From NCBI GenBank assembly GCA_038087875.1, contig JAXLNO010004294.1:1-64000 (forward strand): 64,000 nt of DNA. The letters are read 5' to 3'. Positions 50,353 through 61,894 of this stretch are shown piece by piece. The stretch's first letter is position 1. Each line of letters starts with the position of its first letter. This DNA comes from Malacoraja senta (taxonomy: Eukaryota). The position numbers and the translations under genes were made by a program. The notes below the pieces were generated by a model, which saw only the letters and a list, made by a program, of their open reading frames with translations, did not search any database and had not been told where the DNA came from.

Positions 50353-51166
50353 CTGCAAGTGTAAGAAGAGTCAGAATCAGTGAAGACATGAACAAAAGCC
50401 TTCAATTGTAAGATCACTGCAACTCACCACTTTCCCAATCAGAGTTTTTTCTCTGGCTGAACTAAGTTTTCAGCCTAGACCCAAAATGCTGGAATAACTC
50501 AGCAGGTCAGGCAGCATTCTGGAGAGAAGGAATGCCCAGAGATGCTATCTGACCCACTGAGTTACACCAACATCTTCTATCTTCAGTGTAAACCATCATC
50601 TGCAGTTCTATCTTGCACAAAGTTTACAGCCTTTTCTCTTTTCATTTTGCATTTCTGGCAAAACAACAAAACATTTAGCTTTGATATCACTGACATGCTC
50701 CTTATCTTAGCTCCAGACTTTAACTGACAGCACAGATGAAAGGGGAATGCAGGCCCAATGGAGGAGTATAACTCACCATTGGGATTGATACTGTAGACAT
50801 GATTGCTTCTACCTGTTCATGAATCTCTGCTGAATAATAACACTAAATATTCCAAGAGGGAATGGGAGGAAGAAGTTCTTCAAATAGAGAACTGTTGGAA
50901 ATTGAATGTCACCATCCCAAGGAGTAATAGAGGCAAATAGAGAATCTGATTGGGTTTCTGATCAGTTCAGCAACAGACCCTTCAGGCCACAAGGTCGGTG
51001 CTAAACATAAGACCAAGATACATATTCCTCCATTTCCTGAATATCTATATGACTGTGGATAAAGGACACTGGTACAATATTTATCTTTCACTTGCACTTC
51101 CTACCCACTGGTTCCATCTAAGAGGCACGTTGCCAGACAATTTACTGATACCCACGTTGTAGAACA

Positions 51167-51457
51167 GGGTGGCGAAGCGGTCGAGCTACTGCCTTACAGC
51201 GCCAGAGACCTGGGTTTGTTACTAACTACGGGTGCTTGTCTTTACAGAGTTTGTACGTTCTCCCTGTGACCTGCGTGGGTTTTATCCGAGATCTTCGGTT
51301 TCCCCTCACACTCGAAAGACGTACAAATTTGTAGGTTAATTGGATTGGTATAAATGCAAATTGTCCGTAGTGTGTGTAGGATAGTGTTAGTGTGCGGGCA
51401 TGGCTGCTCGGTGCGGTCTCGGTGGGTTTCCGCGCTGTATCTCTAAACTAAACTAAA
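51167..51457 (+). mobile_element. HE1-type V-SINE in the alpha2-alpha3 intron
   Basis: Full-length copy. Confidence 0.88.
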
Positions 51458-51556
51458 TAATTACTCAAGTGACAGCCTGAAGTGCATGATATTTCCCACC
51501 TGATCTATCCAGAGGATATCCTCTGGCCCATCAGTCAGAGTGCCTACGTCGTGTAC

Positions 51557-51831
51557 CTCTCCTCTGTAGTGCTTCTTGTCCACACTCCAGATATATCCGC
51601 AGCCACTTCACACAGTCCTTCTCCAGGAGATCTTTAAAATACTTGTCATGAAGGTGTTGAAGTTCCACCGATCTGCTAGCATCTGGAAATCTGGACGTAG
51701 TGCAATCCAGCGCATTCTGTCCTTGTCAAAAGCACAGGCATCCTCCCCATCATAACCCAGTCTGACAAACCCATCAGTGGAATTGTCACTGTCCACTTCA
51801 CAGCCGCAGAAACCCTGCACAAAGCAAACAG
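51557..51831 (-). pseudogene. Class I-like gene 1, exon 3 (alpha2 domain) with 1-bp deletion
   Basis: Acceptor ccccag, donor gtacac, 275 nt (not a multiple of 3; class I alpha2 exons are typically 276 nt). Reads VCFVQGFCGCEVDSDNSTDGFVRLGYDGEDACAFDKDRMRWIALRPDFQMLADRWNFNTFM, then after a one-base shift near 51641-51647 KYFKDLLEKDCVKWLRIYLECGQEALQRR. Confidence 0.92.
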
Positions 51832-52879
51832 CTGGGGCTGAGGTAGGGGTGGAGGATTTGTGTTGGGGAGAGTGGATGGAAGGGAGAGGCAATTTACAAA
51901 TCAGTTCTCAGCATGGTACAAACAGGCATAACAGAACACAACATGGAGCTGTACAGCACAGGAGCAGGTTTAGCTCAGAGATACAGCGCGGAAACAGGCC
52001 CTTCGGCCCACCGAGTCCGCACCGACCAGTGGTCCCCGCATATTAACACTATCCTACACAGACTACTTTTCTTTTCCAGCTTTCTCCACTCTACCCCATC
52101 ACTCTAAATGGTCCTGGTCTCATATGTTTTCTGTCCATTTTTCCACAGCATGCTGCCTGACTCGTTGAGTTCCTCCTGTTTGTTTTAAATTCAGATTGGC
52201 AGCATCTGCAGTTTGCTGTGACTCCATCTTAGCACAATGGATGATCAATGTGGATTCAGTGAGCAGAAGGGCCGGTTTCCATGATGTGTGACTCAATGAC
52301 CCTTGGTCTATATACTGAGGGCATGGACTAACCTCAAGTGTTATGGGGGGGAGCTTTACTGTTGCGGATGTAACACTAAAGGAGTTCTGCTGTGTCAGAA
52401 GGGTGGAACTCAGATTCTGCACTGTCGTACATAAAGAACAGAGGAAGAAGTGCATTGTCAGATGGGCAATGCTACAGAGCCAACAGGTCAGTCTGAAGGT
52501 TAAGGCAATGCAGATGGGAAGTACATCAAGGCTGTTGCACTGTGTGGGATTGCTACACCCTCTGAGGATTGTTGCCAATATTGAGGGGATGCTGGATTAA
52601 CACAATATTATTACTGAGGGAATACCTCATAGTCACCATCAACCAGCTTAAATCAAGATCCCATCTCTAGATGATCAGGCTATAAATAAACTAATGGTTT
52701 CTTCCTCATTCCAGCCCAACAAAACAGATGATCCAATCCATCCACTTATTACTGGTGTTGAATATCAAATGCTTAACCCATAAAGAGACTATCACCAGCC
52801 AACTGTTATGACTGTGTGTTCAGCAGTTAGGACACATTAAATATAGACGATGGGCCGTGTCTCTATCAAAATGTGATGG

Positions 52880-53400
52880 AGTAAATGTCTGAAACAGCAT
52901 CAATGGTGCTGAAGTGAAAAAGGTTGAGAGTTTCTGGTTCCCCTACTGCCTCAGGAGACTAAGGAAATGCGGCATCTCCAATGACTCTTACAAACTTCTA
53001 CAAATGTGCCATAGAAAGCATACTGACAGGTTGCATCACAACTTAGTTTGGAAAGAGTTCTGCCCAAGACCGCTGGAAATGGCAGAGAGGTGGAGATGTA
53101 GCACAGTCGATCACACAAACATGATTCCCCACCAGTGAATCCATCTGTATTTCAACTGGTTCAGGAAAGCAGACAACATAATCAAAGATTTGTCCCGTTC
53201 TGGTCACTCCTTCTTCCTGCAGAAGGTACGTAAGCATTAAAGCGTGCACCACCAGACTCAGTAACTGTTTCCTCCCCTATGTTATCAGGTTTCTGAACAG
53301 TCCTCCCTTATGCTAGGGTTCACCTCAACCCCATTGTAGACACTGGACTTTGTCTCTGGCACTGGTACATTACAATGCTGAGAACTACATTCTGCACTCT
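52880..53400 (+). mobile_element. Rex1/Babar LINE 3' fragment in the alpha1-alpha2 intron
   Basis: YCLRRLRKCGIS... then LTNFYKCAIESILTGCIT-like sequence in a shifted frame. Confidence 0.75.
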
Positions 53401-53575
53401 TTGCTCTACCTATTGTACGAGTTTGGTTTGATTGTATTTATGAATAGTTTTCTTTGATGTGATTGACTAACGCAAAAAAAGTGTATCAGAGAATCATGTG
53501 ACAGCAACAAAACTATAACAAAATCCATCTGTGTCATCACTGGGTCTCTACCCCAGGTCCGCTCACGACACTTAC

Positions 53576-53836
53576 TCGAGATACCATGTTGCTGTTGGTA
53601 GACTATCTCAGCATTTCCTCTGACAATCCCATGAAAACCTGCAACTGTGATGGCCATTGAATCCCAGTGATCCTGCGGGAAAGACTGGGCCATCCATCGC
53701 TGTCTGGGAACAGCCCGCTCTAGTGTGCTGTCAAAATATGCTATCTGGACGTCATCCAGCATTGCTACCATACTGTACTCAGGCAGCTCATTCAATCCAT
53801 GGTTCAACAGGTAGTAAGATGCAAGATGGTGTAAAT
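53576..53836 (-). CDS. Class I-like gene 1, exon 2 (alpha1 domain)
   Basis: Acceptor ttgcag, donor gtaagt, 261 nt, open frame: (D)LHHLASYYLLNHGLNELPEYSMVAMLDDVQIAYFDSTLERAVPRQRWMAQSFPQDHWDSMAITVAGFHGIVRGNAEIVYQQQHGIS. Overlaps ORF 53406..53807. Confidence 0.93.
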
Positions 53837-54029
53837 CTGCAATGCATAAACAAAAATAAGTATGATTGTATCATTCACTGAAAATAACTAAGTTATTAAT
53901 GCTAAAACTGATAACAATACAATAACTTTGAATAAGGGAGTCACAAGGACCTGCAGATGCAAGTGCTGGATGAACTCAGTGGGGCAGGCAGCATCAATGA
54001 TCAGGTGACAATTTGGGTCAGGAGCCTTT

Positions 54030-54330
54030 AGTTTAGTTTTTAGCTTAGAGATACAGCATGGAAACAGGCCCTTCGTGCGAGTCCACACTGACCAGCAACC
54101 CCCACACAATAACACTATCCTACACACACTAGGGACAATTTACATTCTAGACCAAGCCAATTAACCTACAAACCTATACGTCTTTGGAATGTGGGAAGAA
54201 TCCGAACATCTCGGGAAAAACCCACACGGTAATGGGGAGAATGGACAAACTCCGTACAGACAGCATCCATAATCAGGATCCAACCTGGGTCTATGGTGCT
54301 GTAATCGAGTAAGTCTACCGCTGCACCACT
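54030..54330 (-). mobile_element. HE1-type V-SINE in class I intron 1
   Basis: Antisense full-length copy. Confidence 0.85.
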
Positions 54331-55404
54331 GAGCCTTCTTCAAGAGTTGGCATGATGGGCTCTGATACCTACTCCACCAATTATGGTCGAGGTATTGAAT
54401 GATCCTACTGGATTGTTTCCCATCTTCAAAGATCTATTATTGTCTATCATGTCGATAGGTTCTACTAGTTACAATATTCCAAAATTTGAAGAATATTTTA
54501 TTATATTAAGAAACTGGACAATGTCAAGGAGACTTTATAGAATCATAGAGAGGTAAAGTCAAAGAGTCATACAGCAGGGAATCAGGGCCTATGGCTCAAC
54601 TTGCCACACCAACCAACATGCCTCATCTACACTGCCTGTATTTCATCAGTACATAAGTTCTAGGAGAATAATTAGGCCATTCAGCCCATCGGCCATTCAA
54701 TCATGGCTGAGCTATCTCTCCCTATCAACCACATTCTCCTGCCTGCACCCCATAACCCTTGAAACCCATACTGATCAAGAATCTGTTAATCTCCACCTGA
54801 GAAATATCCATTGATGTGGGCTCTACAGCTGACTGAGGCCCATATCCTTATAAGCCTATCCTATCCATGTACCTGATTAAATGATTCTTAAATGTCGTGA
54901 TAGTACGCGCCTGAACTACCTTCTCCGGCAGTTCATTCAGTACACCCACCACCCTTTGTGTAACAATGCTATGCCTCAGGTTCCTATTAAATCATTCCCC
55001 CCTCATCTTAAACTTATGTCCACTGGGTACAGCACATAAAAGGCCCTTTAGCCCACCAAGTTCGTGGTGACCATCAAACACCTATTTATACCTGTGGTAC
55101 GCTAACCCTTTTAATATTTGCCAATCTCCCATTAACACCTCCCTCATCCCCTCCACCAATTCTAATACATATGCATGACCAATTCACACTGGCCAATTTA
55201 CCTTTCAGCCCGGCATTTTGGGGACGTGCGGGGAAACTGGAATAACCATAGCAAACACACGTTTGCAGGGGGAAAAAAAAGCCAGGTTGTAAGAGATCAG
55301 GATTGAGTCCAGGTCCTCATAGGCAGCTGCAACACAGCTCATAGAGATGGGGGGGGGGGGGGGGTGGTGGTGGAGACTGAGATAAACAGGGCCTAAATTG
55401 AAAC

Positions 55405-55930
55405 TCGACACAAAATACTGGAGTAACTCAGTGGGTCAGGCAGCATCTCCGGAGAAAAGGAAAAGGTGACGTTTTGTGTCGAGACCCTTCTTCAGAATGA
55501 GAGTCAGGGGACAGAGAACCGAGAGATATGACAAAGTACAATGAAATATATGCACCCCCGACTCTGTCTGATGCAGTGTCTTGACCTGAAACTCCACCTA
55601 TTCCTTTTCTCCAGCGATGCTGCCTGACTTGCTGAGTTACTCCAGCCTTTTGTATCTATCTTCGGTGTAAACCAGCATCTGCATCAGCAGTCAGAAGAAG
55701 GGTCTCGACCCGAAACGTCACCCATACCTTCTCTCTAGGGATGCTGCCTGTGCCGCTGAGTTACTCCAGCTTTATTGTCTATCTTTGGTTTAAATCAGCT
55801 TCTGCAGTTCCTTCTTACACATCTGCACTTCCTTCCTACACTTGTGTCAACTGAAACATCACCTAACCATGTTCTCCAGACATACTGCCTGACCTGCTGA
55901 ATTACTCCAGTATTTTATGTGTATTAACCA
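55405..55930. repeat. Cluster of four Penelope-derived terminal repeats (one -, three +) in class I intron 1
   Basis: Repeated GATGCTGCCTG...GAGTTACTCCAGC...TGTCTATC units; core TCAGAAGAAGGGTCTCGACCCGAAACGTC near 55691-55719. Confidence 0.8.
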
Positions 55931-57444
55931 GCATGTGCAGTTTCTTGTTTCCACATGCATAAGCAGTATTTGTTCTGTGATAAAGATTACATGCAGCACA
56001 CCAGACAGTGTCAAAGTTCATGTGTTTAAGTGAAGTGAGAAGGGGCCCCGAGGGCAGAGTTAGAAGTGTCTGTTTCAGTGTTACCAGGAGAAACATAAGA
56101 CGGCTAAGAGTGGAATACAGTAACGATAAAATCCATGTGGCTTCGCAAAACACTCCACAGCCAAGGATTTTTGTTTTATATGTTATTATTTCAACATGGC
56201 CATCACCATTATATGGTTTCGGCCCGAAACGTTGCCTATTTCCTTCGCTCCATAGATGCTGCTGCACCCGCTGAGTTTCTCCAGCATTTTTGTGTACCTT
56301 CGATTTTCCAGCATCTGCAGTTCCTTCTTTAACACCATTATATTTACTTTCATTTGATAACAATGGGATGAAACTTTCAGGACGAGTAGGTTTGTAATCT
56401 CCAAGCCTTGACGAATGTCAGAATAGTTAGAAAGGTACCATTGTGTGGGAAGAAATTGCTCATCAGATTCCCATTCAATCTTTCCCCCCTCAATTTAAAC
56501 CTATGTCCTCTGGTTCTCGATTCTGTAATCTGTTGAATATGTTGCCCACTTGAAAATTTCCAGATTGAGATTGATAGATTTTTGTTCATTAAGGGTGTAA
56601 TGGGCTGGAGTTCGGCCACAATGTCTGTGCCGAACATGATGTCAAGTTCAACTAAACTCTTCATGCTTGTAGATGATTCATATCCCTCAATTCCCTGCAT
56701 ATCCACGTGCCTATCCTCAAGCTTCTTAAATCTCATTATCGTCTTCTGGGGAAGTGGTGATGGGGTAATGGATAGGGTCTGCAGGACAGGAAGCATGCAA
56801 CAAACAACAAGATGGCAACAACATTAACACAACATTGATTGGTCATTTAATGCAGGCTGAATTTTACCATCATGTGGGTGTCTAACACCAGCTGAGGAAA
56901 TCTTGGAGAGGTGGAACACCTACTAATGCAGAAGTCACTTCTTTATTGAAAGTGCACATCACCTGAATTCTGTCTGAGGCATTAGTGCAAGGACAGATTG
57001 GACAAACATGGATTGTTTTCTCTTGTATACTGGAGGTTGAAGGGAGACCTGATGAAAGTGCACAACATGGTGAGAGGCACAGACAGAGTGGACAGCCAGA
57101 ACCTTTTTCCCAGGGTGGAAATGTTGAAGACCAGAGAACATCACTTTAAGGTTGGAGAAGCAATGTTCAAAGGAGATGAGCGGAGCAAGTTGTTTTATGT
57201 GGAGGGTGGTGGACATCTGTAACGCGCTGCCAGTGGTGGTTGTGGTGATGGTGGCAGATATAACAGTTACATTTCAGAGGCTTTTAGATAGGTACATAGA
57301 TAGGCAGGGAATGGCCGGATACAGATCACATACAGGTAGAGGAGATTAGTTTAGTTTGTTCGGCACAGACATTGTGGGCCGAAGGTAGACAAAATGCTGA
57401 GGTAACAGCGGGTCAGGCAGCATCTCTGGAGAAAAGGAACGGGT

Positions 57445-57472
57445 GACGTTTCGGGTCGAGACCCTTCTTCAG
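57445..57472 (-). ncRNA. Hammerhead-ribozyme-like core in a Penelope-derived terminal repeat (best-preserved copy)
   Basis: Minus strand CTGAAGA-A-GGGT(CTCG)ACCC-GAAA-CGTC: conserved CUGANGA and GAAA boxes, stem II, GUC triplet. Stem I pairing is weak. Confidence 0.6.
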
Positions 57473-57775
57473 ACTGAAGGACTGAAGGACCTGCTCCTGT
57501 GCTGTATTGTACTATGTTCTATGTTCATTATTTACATGTATTCAGTTCTTCTGTTCAATGGATTGCCAAGGTAACCATAGTATATATAACTTCCCACAGG
57601 AGCCTTTACAACTAAGGAAAGACCGTTACCCAAAATTATTAATACATTCAATTCAATCATTCAATTAATACATCCAAGACAATGAACCCAGGGCAAACAC
57701 AGGCACTGTGCAACAGTAAATATAATCAGTTTTGTTGTTTCCTCAAAGTTCACAGGTTGAAGCAGTATTGCTTAC

Positions 57776-57827
57776 CAGAGGAGACAGTGGCCACACCGTA
57801 AGTGTTCAGTAAGGTAAAAAGAAGCAT
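57776..57827 (-). CDS. Class I-like gene 1, exon 1 (signal peptide MLLFTLLNTYGVATVSS)
   Basis: ATG at 57827, 17 codons + G, then donor gtaagc (phase 1). Hydrophobic leader; promoter module directly upstream. Confidence 0.85.
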
Positions 57828-57848
57828 GTTTAACAGCCGCCCACAGCA

Positions 57849-58009
57849 CTATTTAACCAGCAGAGTAAATGCAGCAACAGTAACATAATCTCTTGTACGT
57901 TTTTAACAGAACTCTGGTGTGAAGGTAATTATTGGTCCATGTATACACAAACCTGATAACCAGATCCAATGGGAATGAGACCACTTGTTCTCGTCACTAA
58001 TTACCAGTG
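57849..58009 (-). promoter_or_regulatory. SXY-type MHC promoter of gene 1 (X1-like, X2/CRE half-site TGACG, Y box ATTGG, second CCAAT, TATA-like)
   Basis: Minus strand CACTGGTAATTAG-TGACG (57996-57992), 21 nt, then ATTGG (57970-57966). Second CCAAT at 57931-57935; TTAAATAG at 57849-57856. Confidence 0.75.
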
Positions 58010-59579
58010 AATACAGTTTACGGATTGGGTTTTATGGTAGGGATTGTATTGGTGTTTTAAGGACAACAATTACAAAATCATATTTCACATAGCATCTTAC
58101 AGCCGAATAGATGTTTCTCAAAGTATAATGATTTTACAATTCAGAATGCAGTCAATTCCACAAACTGCAGTGTTAGATAAACCAGATAGTCTACTTTACT
58201 GTGTAGGAAGGAACTGCAGATGCTTGTTTTACTGTAGGCAGATGCAAAAAGCTGGAGTAACTCAGCGGGTCAGGCAGCATTTCTGGGGAAAAGGAATAGG
58301 TGACATTTCGGGAAGGGTCTCAACACAAATCGTCACCTTTTCCTTTTTCCCAGAAGTGCTGCCTGACCTGCTGAGTTACTCCATCTTTTTATAAGCATAG
58401 AAAATAGGTGCATGAGGAGGCCCTTCGGCCCTTCGAGCCAGCACTGCCATTCATGGTGATCATGGCTGATCGTCCCCAATCAATGCCTGCCTTCTCCCCG
58501 TATCCCTTGATTCCACCAGCCTCTAGAGCTCTATCTAACATTTTTGTGTCTGTCTTTAGTCCACTTTACTGTTATTGCTTAAGTAATAAAAATTGGACAA
58601 TGCATGTGTAATAATTTCCCAGCCCTTATTTGAGGTAATACCATGCGTCTTTTTTTTCAGCTGGGAGGAGAGACATGAGCTCAGTTTAAAGTTGTGTCTA
58701 GGTGTAAATGTGCAGCTCAGTCTCAACATCAGTGCAGAAATCTCTCATTGAGCCTTCTGTTAATACATGGCCCTTTACACCATGTCCCACTCACCTGAAA
58801 ACTATGCTCTCCATTACTTTATATTTACACCCTGTGGAAAAGATTTTGACTCTCTATCCCATCTATGCCTCTCATAGTTTTATATACTTTTATCAACCTC
58901 CAGCATTCTAGCGATTACAATCTAAGTCTGTCCAACCTCTCCTTCCAGCTAATATCTAATCTGTGCATCATTCTGGCAAACCACCTCTGCACAAATTCCA
59001 TGCTTCCAAATTCATCCTGCATTGGGGCAACCAGAAATGCCGATAATATTCTAAAAGTGGCCTATCTGAAGTTCTATTCTCCGACCAGTCTGACTGTCCC
59101 CCTGATTAAAAATTATCTATGTATGCTTCGTTCACACCTACTCCTGGCTAATAATGATCTATTCTACATTTTCCTTGAACTACATCTCATTTGATGTCAT
59201 TCTTTCATACCTTACACTTCCTTATCTCCATGTCTCCCTTTCCTCTTCAGCCTGAAGGGACTCAACCAGAAATGTCAGCCATTCCTTCTATCCAGAGATG
59301 CTGCCTGTCCCACTGAGTTACTCCAGCATTTTGTGTCTATCTTTGAAGTTCCATAAAGCAGCATATGACTTCCTGACTCTTATACTCAATGCTATGAATA
59401 GTGTCTTTACCACTCTGGCTTTCAATTGATTGAAGGCGGAAAGGAGCCAAAGAATTATATAGCAAAAAATCTCTGTGGTGGGACTGGAACAGAATGTTTT
59501 TTTTTAAAGCAAAAAAATCAAGGATATTGTTCAATAAAAAAGTAAAATATTTCTTTTCCCGGTATGGCGGGACTAACAT

Positions 59580-60010
59580 ATGATGAAAGAATGGACTGAC
59601 TGGGCTTATATTCACTGGAATTTAGGATGAGATGGGATCTTATAGACGCATATAAAATTCTTAAGGGATTGGACAGTTAGATGCAGGAAAAATGTTCCCG
59701 ATATTGGGGGGAGTCCAGAACCAGGAGTCACAGTTTACGAGTAAAGGGTAGGCCATTTAGGAATGAGATGAAGAAAAACGCTTTCACCCAGATAGTTGTG
59801 AATCTGTGGAATTCTCTGCCACAGAAGGCAGTGGAGGCCAATTCACTCGATGTCTTCAAGAGAGAGTTAGATCTTAGGGCTACAGAATCAAGGGATATGG
59901 GGAGAAAGCAGGAACAGGGTATTGATTCTGGATGCTCAGCCATGATCATATTGAATGACGGTGCTGGCTTGAAGGCCATAATTTTCTACTCCTGCACCTG
60001 CTTTCTCTGT
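59580..60010 (+). mobile_element. CR1 LINE 3' fragment
   Basis: ORF 59681..60178: GESRTRSHSLRVKGRPFRNEMKKNAFTQIVVNLWNSLP. Confidence 0.88.
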
Positions 60011-60836
60011 TTCTATATTGCTGCAGATGGATTGTTAAACGTCCATTCTTTTAAAAGTTCTGCCCCAGTGACTAAAATGCAACAGGTTGTTCATGCCGAG
60101 GAATTTGAAGTTCTTCACCATTCCCACTTCAGCACTCGCACTTCTACAGTATTGATTCTGACTTCAATGTTTCAATGATTCTTTATTGTCACTTATGCAC
60201 TGCACAGTGAAATTCTTGCTCCCGTCGCCGTAATTTGGCAGTATTTACAAAAGAAAAAGAAAAAGTCCAATGTCCGGTCCGTATGTTGGATTTACTGGAG
60301 CGCCCCCGATCCACGTAAGCTCAGTTAAACCCCAGGCTATTGCCAGGGGGGCCTCCTCCGTCACCCTCGACCAGCTCGGCCAGCCAACAGACGTCCCTCT
60401 CCTCGCCCAACTGGCTCTGTGTCCCGGGAGGCAACTCCTCTCCTGGAGGTAATACCTCAGTCCCTCTCTTAGCGGCCCATTCCTTGCGTCCGTCGGCGGC
60501 AGCGGCTCCCTCCTCCACGACTCTCCGGGTTTCGGGGCCAAGCTCAGCAGCTTCCACCGGGTTGCTCTTCACACCGGCGAACCAAACCTGCCGCCACATA
60601 TGGCTGCAGGCGACCGGCCGAGTCCATGTTCGTTCTCGGCGGCCGCCTGGTCGATTCGTGTTGGGTTCCGTGGGGCGATCCGTGGTCATTTGCTTCTGCC
60701 GCTGCGGTGCATCCCAGAAGCTTATGGCTTGTACACCATCTTCCTTCCAGCAGTCGATAACTAGCTCCTTCAAATTCACCTTGCTGACATTGAGGGAGAG
60801 ATTGGAGATTCTGCAATAGAATAGTGAACATATTTA

Positions 60837-61146
60837 GGGGTGGCACAATGGCGCAGCGGTGGAGCTGCTGTCTTACAGCGCCAGAGACCCGGGTTCGATC
60901 CTGACAACGGGTGCTGTCAGTAAGGTGTTTGTACGTTCTCCCCGTGATCACATGGGATTTCTCCGGGAGCTCTGATTTCCTCCCACACTCCAAAGACATA
61001 CAGGTTTGTAAGTTATTGTCCTTCGGTAAAAACAATGGTAAATTGTCTCACCTGTGTCGGATGGTGCTGGTTTATGGGGATCGCTGGTCGGCGCGGACTC
61101 AGTAGGATGAAGGGACTATTTCAGCGCTGTATCTCTAAAACTAAAC
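60837..61146 (+). mobile_element. HE1-type V-SINE
   Basis: Full-length copy. Confidence 0.88.
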
Positions 61147-61722
61147 AAAATGGTCTGATTTTCTTTTTTGTGTTTTTGGAAGGAATTCTGTCCCTGATTT
61201 GTGTATTGGCCTTTATAACTTATTTTTTTAATTCTGATTATATGTTAACCATAAATCTCTGTAAGGTGTCCTTGAGACCTCGGTATAAGGCGCCCATAAA
61301 TAAAATTCATTATTATTCCCCGCACTTCCATGTGCCTATCTGAAAGTCTCTTAAATCCTACTATCATATCTGCACTACCACCACCCATACAGTGCGTTCC
61401 AGCCCCCCCCCCCCCCCGCCCGCCCACTGTATAAAGAAACATGCCCTCTACTTCTCCATTAAACCTTCCCCTTTTCACTTTCTAGCTCTGGCCTCTAAAG
61501 TTGAGCATTTCCAAACTGGTGAAATGGTTCTGACTGTCTACGCCTCTCATAATCTGGAGCAACAAACAAACTGCTGGAGCCTAGGGGAACTCAGCGGTCG
61601 AGCAGCATCTGTGGGGAGGGAGGAAATTATTGACATTCCGGGATGAGACTCAGCATCAATTTTGTTGTTCCAAATTTGTAATAAAATATCTGTGGACAGC
61701 AACCGCCAGATTACTGTCACTT

Positions 61723-61741
61723 TGACCACAAGAGGGCACCA
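61723..61741 (+). promoter_or_regulatory. Candidate CTCF site
   Basis: TGACCACAAGAGGGCACCA versus the CTCF core TGGCCACCAGGGGGCGCTA, in unique sequence about 3.7 kb upstream of the gene 1 promoter. Confidence 0.55.
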
Positions 61742-61894
61742 GATGCTACAGGGGCAGTGACAACATTGTTATGCACCTCCAGAACAAAGGAGATATTTTA
61801 CAAAAAGTTTTGCTTCCTGTCAGTTACGCATCAATTGTCGACATTGTTTAATCCCACTGCAGCATTCACATAATATTTATTAACCACCCTTTTG

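Larger units (their letters stand above)
41060..57827 (-). pseudogene. Non-classical MHC class I-like heavy chain gene with six exons, disabled by a frameshift in alpha2 and a nonsense codon in alpha3
   Basis: Six AG/GT-bounded exons in the expected order and phases (leader 1, a1 1-1, a2 1-1, a3 1-1, TM 1-0, cytoplasmic 0-stop). Translation shows class I motifs: LDDVQIAYFDS, GCEV...GYDGED, C-VKWLRIYL, LSCLVTGF*P, DGTYQL, FSCYIEH. Confidence 0.93.

Noticed and set aside
60245-60819. ORFs up to 159 aa in a CpG-rich patch
   Set aside because: Low complexity, open on both strands, flanked by repeat-type ends; no domain or splice support.
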